Positions 1 to 11,189 of a DNA stretch of 36,848 nucleotides are shown here, piece after piece. The DNA is from Chiloscyllium plagiosum (taxonomy: Eukaryota). Under the pieces are notes generated by a model. It did no database searches. It saw only the letters and a program-made list of their open reading frames with translations, and had not been told where the DNA came from. The stretch covers positions 5,662,278 through 5,699,125 of the forward strand of contig NC_057754.1 in the NCBI RefSeq assembly GCF_004010195.1, in the 5' to 3' direction. Made by a program: the position numbers and the translations under genes. The number at the start of each line of letters is the position of its first letter. The first letter of the stretch is position 1.

Positions 1-114
1 CTCGGGACAAAGCAGACCCTTCTCACCCACTCCCCCCCCCCCCCCCCCTCGACACTCAGTAGCAGCAGTGTCGACAAGACGCACTTCAGTAACTAGTCAA
101 AGCCTATTCAGCAG

Positions 115-390
115 AGTTAAAAATCGCACAACACCAGGTTATAATCCAACCGGTTTATTTGGAAGCACAAGCTTTCGGAGCGCCGCTCCTTCACCAGGCA
201 GCTGTGTGATTTCTAACATTCCTGATGAAGGGCTCCCGTCGATTTTTCCTGCTCCTCGGATGCTGCCTGGCCTGCTGTGCTTTTCTAGCACCGCTCTAAT
301 CTTGACTCTGATCTCCAGCGTCTGCAGTACCCACTGGCTTGATTTTTAACTTTGTCCACCCCAGTCCAACACCGGGCTCCTCCACATCCT
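115..390. mobile_element. Short inverted PLE terminal-repeat insertion (family A), with a family-B piece nested at 218-339
   Basis: 115-200 on the minus strand reads CCTGGTGAAGGAGCGGCGCTCCGAAAGCTTGTGCTTCCAAATAAAC (hammerhead-like core plus AATAAA). The same family continues on plus (TGATTTTTAACTTTGTCCACCCCAGTCCAACACC). Flanks are GCCTATTCAGCAG (102-114) and GCCTAGTCGGCAG (391-403). Confidence 0.75.
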
Positions 391-403
391 GCCTAGTCGG
401 CAG

Positions 404-500
404 TAGTTTTCCAAACCCGCACCCTCTACAACTGAGAAGGATGAGGTTGGCAGAACATCAGAGGTTCACCTCCAAGTCCTATACCATCCATCTCCAAGCA
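404..500 (+). mobile_element. Degenerate LINE 3' fragment, same family as 17190-17820 and 29410-29785
   Basis: TTTCCAAAC...AGAAGGA...GTTCACCTCCAAG resembles 29481-29565. Confidence 0.45.
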
Positions 501-719
501 CTTGCTCGTTTACTTTAGTTGGCATTTCACCCTTAGGTCGACTGCTTGGTGATATTTTCCTCACCAATGTATATCATCACAAGGGCCCAAGGACGTTGGA
601 GCAGAGTCCAGCCTTCCTGTCCAGTACTTACGCACAGTTTTTAGCTCCACCTTCTGATGAGAATCATTACCTGGCTGTTTCAAAGCACTGGCATCGATGA
701 GAGGGCTCCCGGGACAGAA

Positions 720-884
720 TAAAAGCAAATTACTGCGGATGCTGGAATCTGAAACCAAAAGAGAAAACCCTGGAAAGTCTCAAAGCTGCTTTGACAAAGG
801 GTCAGTTAGAGTCGAAACGTCAGCTCTTTTCTCTCCTTACAGATGCCGCCAGACCTGCTGAGATTTTCCAGCATTTTCTCTTTT
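720..884. mobile_element. Short inverted PLE terminal-repeat insertion (family C)
   Basis: Inverted arms at about 757-782 and 859-885. Degenerate hammerhead TTGACAAAGGGTCAGTTAGAGTCGAAACGTCAGC at 791-824. Flanking direct repeat GCTC(C/A)CGGGACAGAA at 705-719 and 885-899. Confidence 0.75.
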
Positions 885-1159
885 GCTCACGGGACAGAAG
901 GTGGGAGGATGGGCTCAAGAAACGTGTCAGCCATGATGGAATAGCAGACCAGATCTGATGGGCCATATGGCCTAACTCTCCTCCTGTATCTAGTAATGGC
1001 AGATCAGGCCTGTAATGTTCTTAAAATTTATTGTGTCACCAGCTAGGACAAGTATTTCTTGCTCGACCCAAGTTATCTTTAAGGAGGTGATGAAGAGCTA
1101 TCTTCTTGAACTGTTGAAGTCTGTTGGCAGTGTTTAAAAGCCATCTTGGGGTAAAATTA

Positions 1160-1975
1160 AGATCCCCGCAGTGCAGATAAGGCCAAACGTCGACGCCACT
1201 CTCACCAAGACTCCCTCACCCTGAAGCTACTGCCTTTCCCATGGATATCCCACCTAGAATGCACACACCCTAACCTGCACATCCCTGGGCACTATGGGAC
1301 AGTTTAGCATGGCCAATCCACCCTAACCTGCACATCCCTGGGCACTATGGGACAATTTAGCATGGCCAATCCACCCTAACCTGCACTACCCTGGGCACTA
1401 TGGGACAGTTTAGCANNNNNNNNNNNNNNNNNNNNNNNNNNNNNNNNNNNNNNNNNNNNNNNNNNNNNNNNNNNNNNNNNNNNNNNNNNNNNNNNNNNNN
1501 NNNNNNNNNNNNNNNNNNNNNNNNNNNNNNNNNNNNNNNNNNNNNNNNNNNNNNNNNNNNNNNNNNNNNNNNNNNNNNNNNNNNNNNNNNNNNNNNNNNN
1601 NNNNNNNNNNNNNNNNNNNNNNNNNNNNNNNNNNGGACAATTTAGCACGGCCAATCCACCCTAACCTGCACATCCCTGGACACTATGGGACAATTTAGCA
1701 CGGCCAATCCACCCTAACCTGCACATCCCTGGACACTATGGGACAATTTAGCACGGCCAATCCACCCTAACCTGCACATCCATGGGCACTTTGGGACAAT
1801 TTAGCACGGCCAATCCACTCCAACCTGCACGTCCTTGGACACTATGGGACAATTTAGCACGGCCAACCCACCCTAACCTGCACATCCCTGGGCACTATGG
1901 GCAAATTTAGCATGGCCAATCCACCCTAACCTGCACATCCCTGGGCACTATGGGCAAATTTAGCACTGCCAATCC
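1160..1975 (-). repeat. HE1 SINE 3' part with tandem 53-bp minisatellite, spanning the gap at 1416-1634
   Basis: Units CACCCTAACCTGCACATCCCTGGGCACTATGGGACAATTTAGCACGGCCAATC, the reverse complement of the 4.2-8.7 kb unit. Confidence 0.9.
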
Positions 1976-1989
1976 ACATCCACATCACA

Positions 1990-2290
1990 TATTGTCCAGG
2001 GATGTGTAGGTTCGGTGCATTAGTCGGGGGGGGGGGTAAATGTAGACTAATAGCGAAGGGGAATGGGTCTGGGCTGGTCACTCTTCGGAGGATCAGTGTG
2101 GACTTGTTGGGTTAAGTGGCCTGTTTCCACAGTGTAGGGATACTAACGTCTAAAGTGTCCTGTAGTGTGGAGGGATCTGCAGGTTAGTGATGAGATGTGC
2201 AGGGTTACAGGGTTGCGCCAGGGTGGGATGCTTGTGGTGGACCTGATGGGCCAAATGGCCCGCTTCCATGCTCTGGGGATTCTATGATAT
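1990..2290 (+). mobile_element. Two tandem HE1 SINE 3' fragments
   Basis: CAGTGTGGACTTGTTGGG...GGCCTGTTTCCACAGTGTAGGGA, then a second tail ending GGGATTCTATGA. Confidence 0.7.
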
Positions 2291-2294
2291 CCCA

Positions 2295-2395
2295 TCCTCC
2301 CTTCTTAAATAATGGCACAACATTGGCTGTCCTCCAGTCCTCTGTTTGTTCTCTTGTGACCACAGAGGAATTGAAAATCATTGGCAGTATTCCTG
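2295..2395 (-). mobile_element. CR1 LINE ORF2 fragment
   Basis: Translates as PMIFNSSVVTREQTEDWRTANVVPLFKKG, the CR1 'EDWRxANVxPLFKKG' motif. Confidence 0.85.
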
Positions 2396-2589
2396 CTTCA
2401 TCTGGGCTGGTTGAGAATATTGAGTTAGTCAGTGCTTCAAGAGATAAGCTGTAACAAGAGCCATTTTCTGTCGCTAAATCATGGGAAAATGTCATCCCCG
2501 TTGTCATATTAAGTGGCTTTTAATATATCTGAGGATCTGAGCTCTTTAAGGTTCCTTAATCAGTAATATTTTCCCGTCTCGTACAGAAG

Positions 2590-2780
2590 GTCATTTCCCC
2601 AGGGTCGGGGAAGTCTGGAATTAGAGACCGTGGGTTTTAAGAGGGGGAAAGATTTAAAAGGGACCTGAAAGGCAGCTTTTTCACACAGAGGGTGATGCAT
2701 AAGTGGAACATAGGTAGAGATGGGTACAGTTACAATAGTTAGAAGACTTCTGGACAGGTACGTGGATAGAAAAGATTTAG
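2590..2780 (+). mobile_element. CR1/HER1 LINE 3' fragment
   Basis: GGAAAGATTTAAAAGGGACCTG...TTTTTCACACAGAGGGTG, as in the other CR1 copies in this window. Confidence 0.8.
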
Positions 2781-2784
2781 AAAA

Positions 2785-3735
2785 TAAAACTCAGAACAGT
2801 ACAGCACAGGACTAGATCCGTTGGCCGGTGATGTTGTGCTGAACATGACCCCACATTAAACTATTCCCTCCTGCCTGTCCTTGGTCCATCTCCCATCGTC
2901 CCTGGCATATTCATGTGTTTATCTCAAGTCCCTTAAACGCCCCTATCACATCTGCCTCCACCACCACCCCAGGCAGTGTGTTCCACACTCCTACCACTCT
3001 CAGTTTAAAAAAACTTGCCCCTCACATCTCCTTTGAACTTTCTCCCTCTCACGTTTAAATGCATGCCTCCTAGTATTAGACGTTTCACCTCTGGGTAAAA
3101 GCTTCTGACCGTCAACCCTATATCTGTGCATCTCACAATTTTGTAGCCTTCTATCAAGTCTCCCCTCAGCCTCCAGAGAAAACAACCTGAGTTTTTCCAG
3201 CCTCTCCTTACAGCTCCTACCCTCTAATCCAGGCAGCATCCTGGGATACCTCTCCTGCACCCTCTCCCAAGCCCCCACATCCTTCCTGTAATGGGGCGAC
3301 CAGAACTGAACGCAATACTCTAAGTGTGGCCTAACCAAAAGTCTTGTAGAGCTGCAACATGACATCCTGACTCTTGTATGTTGAGAGTGTGTTGCTGGAA
3401 AAGCACAGCAGGTCAGGCAGCATCCGAGGAGCAGGAAAATCGACGTTTCGGGCCAGAGCCCTCCAATAAAGGTAAGTGTGCCTTACACCTTCTTTACCGC
3501 CCTGTCGACTTGTGTAGCCACACTCAGGGAGCTATGGACTTGAACCTCAAGATCCCTCTGTACATCAAAGCTGTTCAGGGTCCTGTCTTTAACTGTACAC
3601 TTTTCCTGAGCATTTAATCTCCCAAAATGCAGCACCTCACACTTACCCGGATTAAACTCCATCTGCCATTTCTCCGCCCTTATTTGCAACTGATCTATGT
3701 CCCAGTGTATCCTTTAACAACTTCTACACGAACGA
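2785..3735 (-). mobile_element. CR1/HER1 LINE 3' region (RT C-terminus plus tail), interrupted by a PLE piece at 3378-3465
   Basis: ORF remnants AEKWQMEFNPGKCEVLHFGR and LVRPHLEYCVQFWSPHYRKDV...ERVQ. Confidence 0.92.
3378..3465 (-). mobile_element. PLE family-B terminal-repeat fragment with a truncated hammerhead
   Basis: Minus strand reads GGGCTCTGGCCCGAAACGTCGATTTTCCTGCTCCTCGGATGCTGCCTGACCTGCTGTGC. The CUGANGA part is missing. Confidence 0.8.
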
Positions 3736-3744
3736 CAACTCTTT

Positions 3745-3860
3745 GTGTTTCGAGGGATATTACCAAAATGCAGACAAATGGAACAAGTTCACTTTAGGAA
3801 GCCTGGTCAGCGTGGATTGGTCGGGCCGAAGGGTCTATTTCTGTGCTGTATGACTCTAAC
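3745..3860 (+). mobile_element. CR1/HER1 3' tail
   Basis: GGGCCGAAGGGTCTATTTCTGTGCTGTATGACTCT. Confidence 0.75.
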
Positions 3861-4061
3861 TCTTCTGAACTGGCTTGCTCAGCATTGTAGCTTTTCCTCT
3901 CTACTTCTCGCTCTCTGGCCAAGCGTTAATAATCCTGAGGAGTCAAGGACCTGAACAATGTCGCAGTGATTGAACTCCCAATATTGAGGTTCCCTCCAGA
4001 TGCATGCCACCTTGACCTGGAAGTGCTTTGCTGTTCCTTCGGTTAAATCCCTGGCATTGAC

Positions 4062-7000
4062 CGCGCTGTGGCTCAGCCGTTAGCACCACTTTCTCAGGGC
4101 GCCAGGAACCTGGGTTCGATCCCAGCTTCAGACGACTGTCCGGTGGGGAGTTTGCATGTTCTCCCCATGTCTGCATGAACTTTCCACCCACAGTCCAAAG
4201 CTGTGCAGACGAGGGGGGATTGGCCGTGCTAAATTGTCCCATCGTGCCCAGGGATGTGCAGGTTAGGGTGGATTGGCCGTGCTACATTGTCCCATAGTGC
4301 CCAGGAATGTGCAGGTTATGGTGGATAGGCCGTGCTAAATTGTCCCATAGTGCCCAGGAATGTGCAGGTTGAGGGGGATTGGCCGTGCTATATTGTCCCA
4401 TAGTGCCCAGGGATGTGCAGGTTATGGTGGATAGGCCATGCTAAATTGTCGCATAGTGCCAAGGAATGTGCAGGTTGGGGTGGATTGGCCGTGCAACATT
4501 GTCCCATAGTGCCCAGGGATGTGCAGGTTATGGTGGATAGGCCGTGCTAAATTGTCCCATAGTGCCCAGGGATGTGCAGGTTAGAGTGGATTGGCCATGC
4601 AAAAGTGTCCCATAGTGCCCAGGAACGTGCAGGTTAGGGGGGATTGGCCGTGCTATATTGTCCCATAGTGCCCAGGAATGTGCAGGTTATGGTGGATAGG
4701 CCGTGCTACATTGTCCCATAGTGCCCAGGAATGTGCAGGTTATGGTGGATAGGCCGTGCTAAATTGTCTCATAGTGCCCAGGGATGTGCAGGTTGAGGGG
4801 GATTGGCCGTGCTAAATTGTCCCATAGTGCCCAGGAATGTGCAGGTTGAGGGGGATTGGCCGTGCTATATTGTCCCATAGTGCCCAGGGATGTGCAGGTT
4901 AGGGTGGATTGGCCGTGCTACATTGTCCCATAGTGTCCAGGGATGTGCACGTTAGGGTGGATTGGCCGTGCTGAATTGTCCCATAGTGCCCAGCGATGTG
5001 CAGGTTAGGGTGGATTGGCCGCGTTAAATTGTCCCATAGTGTCCAGGGATGTGCAGGTTGGAGTGGATTGGCCGTGCTAAATTGTCCCATAGTGCCCAGG
5101 GATGTGTAGGTTAGGGTGGATTGGCCATGCTAAATTGTCCCATAGTGTCCAGGGATGTGTAGGTTAGGGTGGATTGGCCGTGCTAAATTGTCCCATAGTG
5201 CCCAGGAATGTGCAGGTTGGGGTGGATTGGCCGTGCAAAATTGTCCCATAGTGCCCAGGAATGTGTAGGTTAGGGTGGATTGGCCGTGCCAAATTTTCCC
5301 ACAGTGCCCAGGAATGTGCAGGTTGGGGTGGATTGGCCGTGCTACATTGTCCCATAGTGCCCAGGAATGTGCAGGTTATGGTGGATAGGCCGTGCTAAAT
5401 TGTCCCATAGTGCCCAGGAATGTGCAGGTGAGGGTGGATTGGCCATACTAAATTGTCCCATAGTGCCCAGGGATGTGCAGGTTAGGGTGGATTGGCCGTG
5501 CTAAATTGTCCCATAGTGCCCAGGGATGTGCAGGTTAGGGTGGATTGGCCGTGCTAAATTGTCCCATAGTGCCCAGGGATGTGCAGGTTAGGGTGGATTG
5601 GCCGTGCTAAATTGTCCCATAGTGCCCAGGGATGTGCAGGTTAGGGTGGATTGGCCGTGCTAAATTGTCCCATAGTGCCCAGGGATGTGCAGGTTAGGGT
5701 GGATTGGCCGTGCTAAATTGTCCCATAGTGCCCAGGGATGTGCAGGTTAGGGTGGATTGGCCGTGCTAAATTGTCCCATAGTGCCCAGGGATGTACAGGT
5801 TAGGGTGGATTGGCCGTGCTAAATTGTCCCATAGTGCCCAGGGATGTGCAGGTTAGGGTGGATTGGCCGTGCTAAATTGTCCCATAGTGCCCAGGGATGT
5901 GCAGGTTAGGGTGGATTGGCCGTGCTAAATTGTCCCATAGTGCCCAGGGATGTGCAGGTTAGGGTGGATTGGCCGTGCTAAATTGTCCCATAGTGCCCAG
6001 GGATGTGCAGGTTAGGGTGGATTGGCCGTGCTAAATTGTCCCAGAGTGCCCAGGGATGTGGAGGTTAGGGTGGATTGGCCGTGCTAAATTACCCCATAGT
6101 GCCCAGGGATGTGCAGGTTAGGGTGGATTGGCCGTGCTAAATTGTCCCATAGTGCCCAGGGATGTGCAGGTTAGGGTGGATTGGCCGTGCTAAATTGTCC
6201 CATAGTGCCCAGGGATGTGCAGGTTAGGGTGGATTGGCCGTGCTAAATTGTCCCATAGTGCCCAGGGATGTGCAGGTTAGGGTGGATTGGCCGTGCTAAA
6301 TTGTCCCATAGTGCCCAGGGATGTGCAGGTTAGGGTGGATTGGCCGTGCTAAATTGTCCCATAGTGCCCAGGGATGTGCAGGTTAGGGTGGATTGGCCGT
6401 GCTAAATTGTCCCATAGTGCCCAGGGATGTGCAGGTTAGGGTGGATTGGCCGTGCTAAATTGTCCCATAGTGCCCAGGGATGTGCAGGTTAGGGTGGATT
6501 GGCCGTGCTAAATTGTCCCATAGTGCCCAGGGATGTGCAGGTTAGGGTGGATTGGCCGTGCTAAATTGTCCCATAGTGCCCAGGGATGTGCAGGTTAGGG
6601 TGGATTGGCCGTGCTAAATTGTCCCATAGTGCCCAGGGATGTGCAGGTTAGGGTGGATTGGCCGTGCTAAATTGTCCCATAGTGCCCAGGGATGTGCAGG
6701 TTAGGGTGGATTGGCCGTGCTAAATTGTCCCATAGTGCCCAGGGACGTGCAGGTTAGGGTGGATTGGCCGTGCTAAATTGTCCCATAGTGCCCAGGGACG
6801 TGCAGGTTAGGGTGGATTGGCCGTGCTAAATTGTCCCATAGTGCCCAGGGACGTGCAGGTTAGGGTGGATTGGCCGTGCTAAATTGTCCCATAGTGCCCA
6901 GGGACGTGCAGGTTAGGGTGGATTGGCCGTGCTAAATTGTCCCATAGTGCCCAGGGACGTGCAGGTTAGGGTGGATTGGCCGTGCTAAATTGTCCCATAG

Positions 7001-8795
7001 TGCCCAGGGACGTGCAGGTTAGGGTGGATTGGCCGTGCTAAATTGTCCCATAGTGCCCAGGGACGTGCAGGTTAGGGTGGATTGGCCGTGCTAAATTGTC
7101 CCATAGTGCCCAGGGACGTGCAGGTTAGGGTGGATTGGCCGTGCTAAATTGTCCCATAGTGCCCAGGGACGTGCAGGTTAGGGTGGATTGGCCGTGCTAA
7201 ATTGTCCCATAGTGCCCAGGGACGTGCAGGTTAGGGTGGATTGGCCGTGCTAAATTGTCCCATAGTGCCCAGGGACGTGCAGGTTAGGGTGGATTGGCCG
7301 TGCTAAATTGTCCCATAGTGCCCAGGGACGTGCAGGTTAGGGTGGATTGGCCGTGCTAAATTGTCCCATAGTGCCCAGGGACGTGCAGGTTAGGGTGGAT
7401 TGGCCGTGCTAAATTGTCCCATAGTGCCCAGGGACGTGCAGGTTAGGGTGGATTGGCCGTGCTAAATTGTCCCATAGTGCCCAGGGATGTGCAGGTTAGG
7501 GTGGATTGGCCGTGCTAAATTGTCCCATAGTGCCCAGGGATGTGCAGGTTAGGGTGGATTGGCCGTGCTAAATTGTCCCATAGTGCCCAGGGATGTGCAG
7601 GTTAGGGTGGATTGGCCGTGCTAAATTGTCCCATAGTGCCCAGGGATGTGCAGGTTAGGGTGGATTGGCCGTGCTAAATTGTCCCATAGTGCCCAGGGAC
7701 GTGCAGGTTAGGGTGGATTGGCCGTGCTAAATTGTCCCATAGTGCCCAGGGATGTGCAGGTTAGGGTGGATTGGCCGTGCTAAATTGTCCCATAGTGCCC
7801 AGGGATGTGCAGGTTAGGGTGGATTGGCCGTGCTAAATTGTCCCATAGTGCCCAGGGATGTGCAGGTTAGGGTGGATTGGCCGTGCTAAATTGTCCCATA
7901 GTGCCCAGGGATGTGCAGGTTAGGGTGGATTGGCCGTGCTAAATTGTCCCATAGTGCCCAGGGATGTGCAGGTTAGGGTGGATTGGCCGTGCTAAATTGT
8001 CCCATAGTGCCCAGGGATGTGCAGGTTAGGGTGGATTGGCCGTGCTAAATTGTCCCATAGTGCCCAGGGATGTGCAGGTTAGGGTGGATTGGCCGTGCTA
8101 AATTGTCCCATAGTGCCCAGGGATGTGCAGGTTAGGGTGGATTGGCCGTGCTAAATTGTCCCATAGTGCCCAGGGATGTGCAGGTTAGGGTGGATTGGCC
8201 GTGCTAAATTGTCCCATAGTGCCCAGGGATGTGCAGGTTAGGGTGGATTGGCCGTGCTAAATTGTCCCATAGTGCCCAGGGATGTGCAGGTTAGGGTGGA
8301 TTGGCCGTGCTAAATTGTCCCATAGTGCCCAGGGATGTGCAGGTTAGGGTGGATTGGCCGTGCTAAATTGTCCCACCAGAGATGTGCAGGTTAGGGTGGA
8401 TTGGCCTTGCTATATTGTCCCATAGTGTCCAGGGATGTGCAGGTTAGGGTGGATTGGCCATGCTAAATTGTTTCATAGTGCCCAGGGATGTGCAGTTAGG
8501 GTGGANTTAGGGTGGATTGGCCTTGCTATATTGTCCCATAGTGTCCAGGGATGTGCAGGTTAGGGTGGATTGGCCATGCTAAATTGTTTCATAGTGCCCA
8601 GGGATGTGCAGGTTAGGGTGGATTGGCCATGCTAAATTGTCCCATAGTGCCCAGGGATGTGCAGGTTAGGGTGGATTGGCCGTGGGAAATGAAGGGTCAC
8701 AGCGATAGGATAGGATGGTGGGTCTGCTCATCGGAGGGTCAGTGTGGACTCGCTGGGCCGAATGGCCTATTTCCACACTGTCAGGATTCTATGGT
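4062..8795 (+). mobile_element. Single HE1 (tRNA-derived V-SINE) copy inflated by an internal minisatellite
   Basis: Head has A-box-like TGGCTCAGCCGTTAG and B-box GGTTCGATCCC (about 4113-4123), followed by GGAGTTTGCATGTTCTCCCC. The LINE-like tail GGGCCGAATGGCCTATTTCCACACTGTCAGGATTCTATG ends at about 8793. Confidence 0.88.
4200..8685 (+). repeat. 53-bp tandem minisatellite, about 84 units
   Basis: Unit GATGTGCAGGTTAGGGTGGATTGGCCGTGCTAAATTGTCCCATAGTGCCCAGG; period 53 (e.g. 5631 to 5684). Confidence 0.98.
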
Positions 8796-8829
8796 GGAGG
8801 CTAATAATGACCGGGGGGAGTGTGGGGAA

Positions 8830-9095
8830 AAGGCTAAGATTTAAAGTAAGACACAGTAGGTTCAGAGGCAAACTGAGGGAAAACATTTTTACCCAGAGGG
8901 TGGTGGGATCCTGGAACGTGATGCCTGAGGGGGTGGGGGGGTGGAGAGCCAGTACCCCCCCCACTCCGCATTGAAGAAGGATTGAGACAGGCACTTGCGA
9001 TGCCAAGGCTATGGGTCAAGTGCTAGAATAGGGATGGTTGGCACCGGCTCGATGGGCCGAAGGGCCTTTTTTTTGTGCTGCAGACCTCTGGGACT
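8830..9095 (+). mobile_element. CR1 LINE 3' end
   Basis: Translates RFKVRHSRFRGKLRENIFTQRVVGSWN, followed by a GGGCCGAAGGGCC tail. Confidence 0.85.
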
Positions 9096-9859
9096 CGACA
9101 TCACTATTCCTTCATCGCTACTGGGTGGAAATCCTAGCACTCCCTCTACCGCTGTCTCAGGGGGCAGTTAGAGTCAGATAATAAATACGGGCTTCGCTAG
9201 CGAGGCCCACCTTCCTGAAAGGGTTAAAGACAACGCTGCAGACGTGTGGGTGGACGTAGCAGCAAGGCGCTGACGGGCTGGGATATTTCACCTGGAACAA
9301 AGCAGGTCTGTCGGGTGAGGCTTTCAAAACGGCGAGACATTTCCATCGAGGGAGAGAGAGCTTGCTCCCTCTTGTGTGGAAGTGCCTAAGTAGAGGCCAT
9401 CAATAATATAAGTTAGTCACCGAGTTACCCAGTTGGGAATTCCATCGGAATCTCTCCTCTGTTGGGAATGTGACAGTCGTGACCGCAGAATAGTTACACG
9501 TGAGTATTATCGATGGGTTTACCTGGAATCCTAACAAAGGTGAGAGGCAGAAGGGAATAAATATTCACAATGTGTGTGAGAATCGATCATAAATACTAGC
9601 GCCGATGATCGGGGCCCTGATGGCTTGCATCTTAGGATCACAAAAGCTACAGGGGTAGTTGGTGCATTGGTTGTCATTTGGAAAAAAAAATCCTTGGATC
9701 TTCTTAGAACAGTGGTAATGAGAAACTTTCTCGAGATTGAATTCAAGTCCCACATCTGACCGTGGTGGGGTAAAAATCCTTGGATTCTGGAGAAATTACC
9801 AGAGGGAGAAAGTTCCGCTCGGGAGGTTAAGCTATCAGATAACAGCACACGGTGTTGGA

Positions 9860-10163
9860 GATTATAGAGATTCACCGCCGATATACCTGGAAACAGGCCC
9901 GTCGATCTACACTGACCCACCGAAGAGTATCCCACCCAAACCCATTCCCCAACCCTATTAGCCTATTTTTAGCCCTGACTATTGCACCGAGCCTACACGT
10001 TCCTGGACACTGTGGGGTAATTTAGCACGGCCAATCCACCCTAACCTGCACAACCCTGGGCACTATGAGACAATTTAGCACGGCCAATCCACCCTAACCT
10101 GCACATCCCTGGGCACTATGGGACAATTTAGCACGGCCAATCCACCCTAACCTGCACATCCCT
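9860..10163 (-). repeat. HE1 3' tail plus 53-bp array running into the gap at 10164-11069
   Basis: GGAAACAGGCCC...CCCATTCCCC, then about 3 units of the 53-mer. Confidence 0.85.
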
Positions 10164-11189
10164 NNNNNNNNNNNNNNNNNNNNNNNNNNNNNNNNNNNNN
10201 NNNNNNNNNNNNNNNNNNNNNNNNNNNNNNNNNNNNNNNNNNNNNNNNNNNNNNNNNNNNNNNNNNNNNNNNNNNNNNNNNNNNNNNNNNNNNNNNNNNN
10301 NNNNNNNNNNNNNNNNNNNNNNNNNNNNNNNNNNNNNNNNNNNNNNNNNNNNNNNNNNNNNNNNNNNNNNNNNNNNNNNNNNNNNNNNNNNNNNNNNNNN
10401 NNNNNNNNNNNNNNNNNNNNNNNNNNNNNNNNNNNNNNNNNNNNNNNNNNNNNNNNNNNNNNNNNNNNNNNNNNNNNNNNNNNNNNNNNNNNNNNNNNNN
10501 NNNNNNNNNNNNNNNNNNNNNNNNNNNNNNNNNNNNNNNNNNNNNNNNNNNNNNNNNNNNNNNNNNNNNNNNNNNNNNNNNNNNNNNNNNNNNNNNNNNN
10601 NNNNNNNNNNNNNNNNNNNNNNNNNNNNNNNNNNNNNNNNNNNNNNNNNNNNNNNNNNNNNNNNNNNNNNNNNNNNNNNNNNNNNNNNNNNNNNNNNNNN
10701 NNNNNNNNNNNNNNNNNNNNNNNNNNNNNNNNNNNNNNNNNNNNNNNNNNNNNNNNNNNNNNNNNNNNNNNNNNNNNNNNNNNNNNNNNNNNNNNNNNNN
10801 NNNNNNNNNNNNNNNNNNNNNNNNNNNNNNNNNNNNNNNNNNNNNNNNNNNNNNNNNNNNNNNNNNNNNNNNNNNNNNNNNNNNNNNNNNNNNNNNNNNN
10901 NNNNNNNNNNNNNNNNNNNNNNNNNNNNNNNNNNNNNNNNNNNNNNNNNNNNNNNNNNNNNNNNNNNNNNNNNNNNNNNNNNNNNNNNNNNNNNNNNNNN
11001 NNNNNNNNNNNNNNNNNNNNNNNNNNNNNNNNNNNNNNNNNNNNNNNNNNNNNNNNNNNNNNNNNNNNNTCTCCCCCTCTTCCTCTTCCCCTCTCCCCTC
11101 CCCCTCTCCCCCTCTCCTCTCTCCATCTCTCTATCTCTCTATCCTGTCCATGGATGCTCTGGGACCCGCTGAGTTTCTTCAGCGATTTC

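Noticed and set aside
632..674. Minus-strand exon candidate (NDSHQKVELKTV|gtaagt)
   Set aside because: The donor is good, but the acceptor is weak and the phase does not join the upstream chain. Not supportable without RNA data.
654..690. CTGATGA as another hammerhead
   Set aside because: No stem II or GAAA follows it.
4200..8685. CRISPR-like array
   Set aside because: The units are contiguous with no unique spacers, there are no cas genes, and the array sits inside a vertebrate SINE.
4200..8685. Interstitial telomere
   Set aside because: There is only one TTAGGG per 53 bp, never in tandem.
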